Below, piece after piece: positions 38,657-64,000 of a DNA stretch of 64,000 bases. Source of the stretch: Paraspadella gotoi (taxonomy: Eukaryota; Animalia; Chaetognatha); contig CM119269.1 in NCBI GenBank assembly GCA_051294375.1, positions 770,272 to 834,271 on the forward strand, read 5' to 3'. The number at the start of each line of letters is the position of its first letter. Position 1 is the stretch's first letter. The translations under genes were made by a program, and so were the position numbers. The notes below the pieces were generated by a model. That model saw only the letters and a program-made list of their open reading frames with translations, was not told where the DNA came from and did not search any database.

Positions 38657-40169
38657 TGTACTAGTTTCACTTGAGAGACGAATAGGTAAGTAAAGTGCTA
38701 CCATAATGCTCACGAAGATTAATCATTATTAACTGCTTTTTATTACAGAGATTAGAAAGAAATGTGACCTTTTTTTTTCGAACCGAATAGAGCAGTGGGG
38801 ATTTTTGGTTGGTAGGTAGGGAGATGGTGATCGCGGTTTGAAGGGAAAAGAAAAAAAAGGAAAAAGAAAAGAGAAGAAGTAAACAAAAAAGTAAGTTTTG
38901 TAACCTCGAGAAAAAAAATCGTGAGAAAAAAATCGAAAGTTGAGATACGAAATCCAAATTTAATGACAAAAAGAAAAGGAATTAAAATGAGATGAAACGA
39001 AAAAAGCAATAAAATAGAAAAAAAATTTACTAAAAATCAAAAAAGTAAAAAAGTAAAAAATAAAAGAAAACAAGTATATATATAGTATTATATTAGTAAA
39101 GAAGAAATTCAAAGATTTCAAAGGAAAAATTAGGCTGAGACTTGAGAAGAAAAATATATTCTAACGAGCAGACAATCGGATAGCCACAGTATTTTATTTT
39201 TAAATTTTTAAAAAAGTCCCCCGATTGAATGTCGTCTCTCCAGCTTTCCTTCTTTTTATATTCAAAAGTGATTTGTCGTTTGGCGGATTTGGATTAAGAA
39301 AGACATTCGACAATCCACGAATCTCTTTTCCTTTGGGAAGATAAAAAGTATTTTTCTCAGTGAATTGGATTTCCGTGAGTAAATTTCGAATTAATTCCCG
39401 CGTGAGAGAGTCTTTTGTGATCCTCTGTGAATCATCGAACATTGATTTCATAGATTATGTTTTCTAAAAAAAAATAGACAAAATATTTCATTTTTGTTCT
39501 CGGTCGAATCTTTGAGAAAAGAAAATTTCAATACTTATGTACTTATGAAATTCTATCAATCTAATAAACGCCACTGAACTGAAGGAACTGAAGGAAACTA
39601 ATTTCCTAATTAAGTTGTCATTTTGTAAGTACGCTACCTGGAGGTACCATTTGTTTCTACAATCCTTGGTCCACAGCGCTAGGGCAGGAAGTTTTTTTTC
39701 GAGCCTATTTCAAATAAAGTATAACAAGAACAACTGTTGTGAAAAAAAATTATGGTTGTAACCTAGGGACGAGTTTAGTTTGTACGTAATCTACATTGGG
39801 CATGCAATGTTTTTTTAATTAATTTTTTTTATTGGCTGTAGAGAGAAAATCAGCGTTTGTCCGATTTTATTTTTTTTTTTACTTTAAAGATTTTTTTTTT
39901 TTGATGAAGAGGATGAGAGTTGGTTTTTTTCCGGTGGATTAGTTGGGACGGAGAGTCTAGAGAGAAGAATTCATTAAGTATTAATTAAATTAATTAAATT
40001 ACGGATCCGAAAAGGTGGGGTTTTAAAGTGGTGGGCGAAGGGGGACAAAGAGGTGGAAGGTAAGTGCGAGGATCAAGAGAGAATCAGCGTAAAATAAAAA
40101 AACTAAAACTTCTCCCCTTTCTTTCCCTTTCCTTCCTCACCTTTTCGACCACCCCTACCACTCCACCAG

Positions 40170-63792
<23,623 letters not shown>

Positions 63793-63811
63793 GTGAGTAG
63801 AGGGTTTGGAC

Positions 63812-63895
<84 letters not shown>

Positions 63896-64000
63896 TTAAA
63901 AAAACAAGGTTTTTTAAATCTTTACAATTTTGAAATCAAAATTTAAAAAAAAAAAAAAAAACTAGCAGCAAGTATTCCTTCAATTCATTAACACTTGATG

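Overview
Animal (invertebrate-type) genomic DNA: AT-rich introns full of (GA/CT)n microsatellites, GC-rich exons, several N gaps. I traced gene models by hand from splice sites and exon phases. (1) The 3' part of an ARHGEF18/p114RhoGEF (Cysts/AKAP13-family) gene on + (<189-6033), with a noisy ~6.2 kb tandem re-copy. (2) A long ADAMTS7/12-like metalloprotease gene on + (40170 to beyond 63792; candidate first exon 15614-16625). (3) Nested antisense in one ADAMTS intron, an intact-looking but very divergent alpha-tubulin (50890-45876). It has Ser in place of the catalytic Glu254 that triggers microtubule GTP hydrolysis, and it lacks the acidic C-terminal tail and terminal Tyr. (4) Nested antisense in a second ADAMTS intron, an 8-exon 7TM receptor resembling FMRFamide-receptor-type GPCRs but missing the DRY and NPxxY motifs (59603-56169). 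(5) A ~2.07 kb foldback-type DNA transposon with ~0.9 kb inverted arms and an 8-bp target-site duplication, present twice. Three tandem duplications, two of them directly abutting 25-N gaps, look like gap-filling artefacts. Family assignments come from remembered motifs, not database searches.
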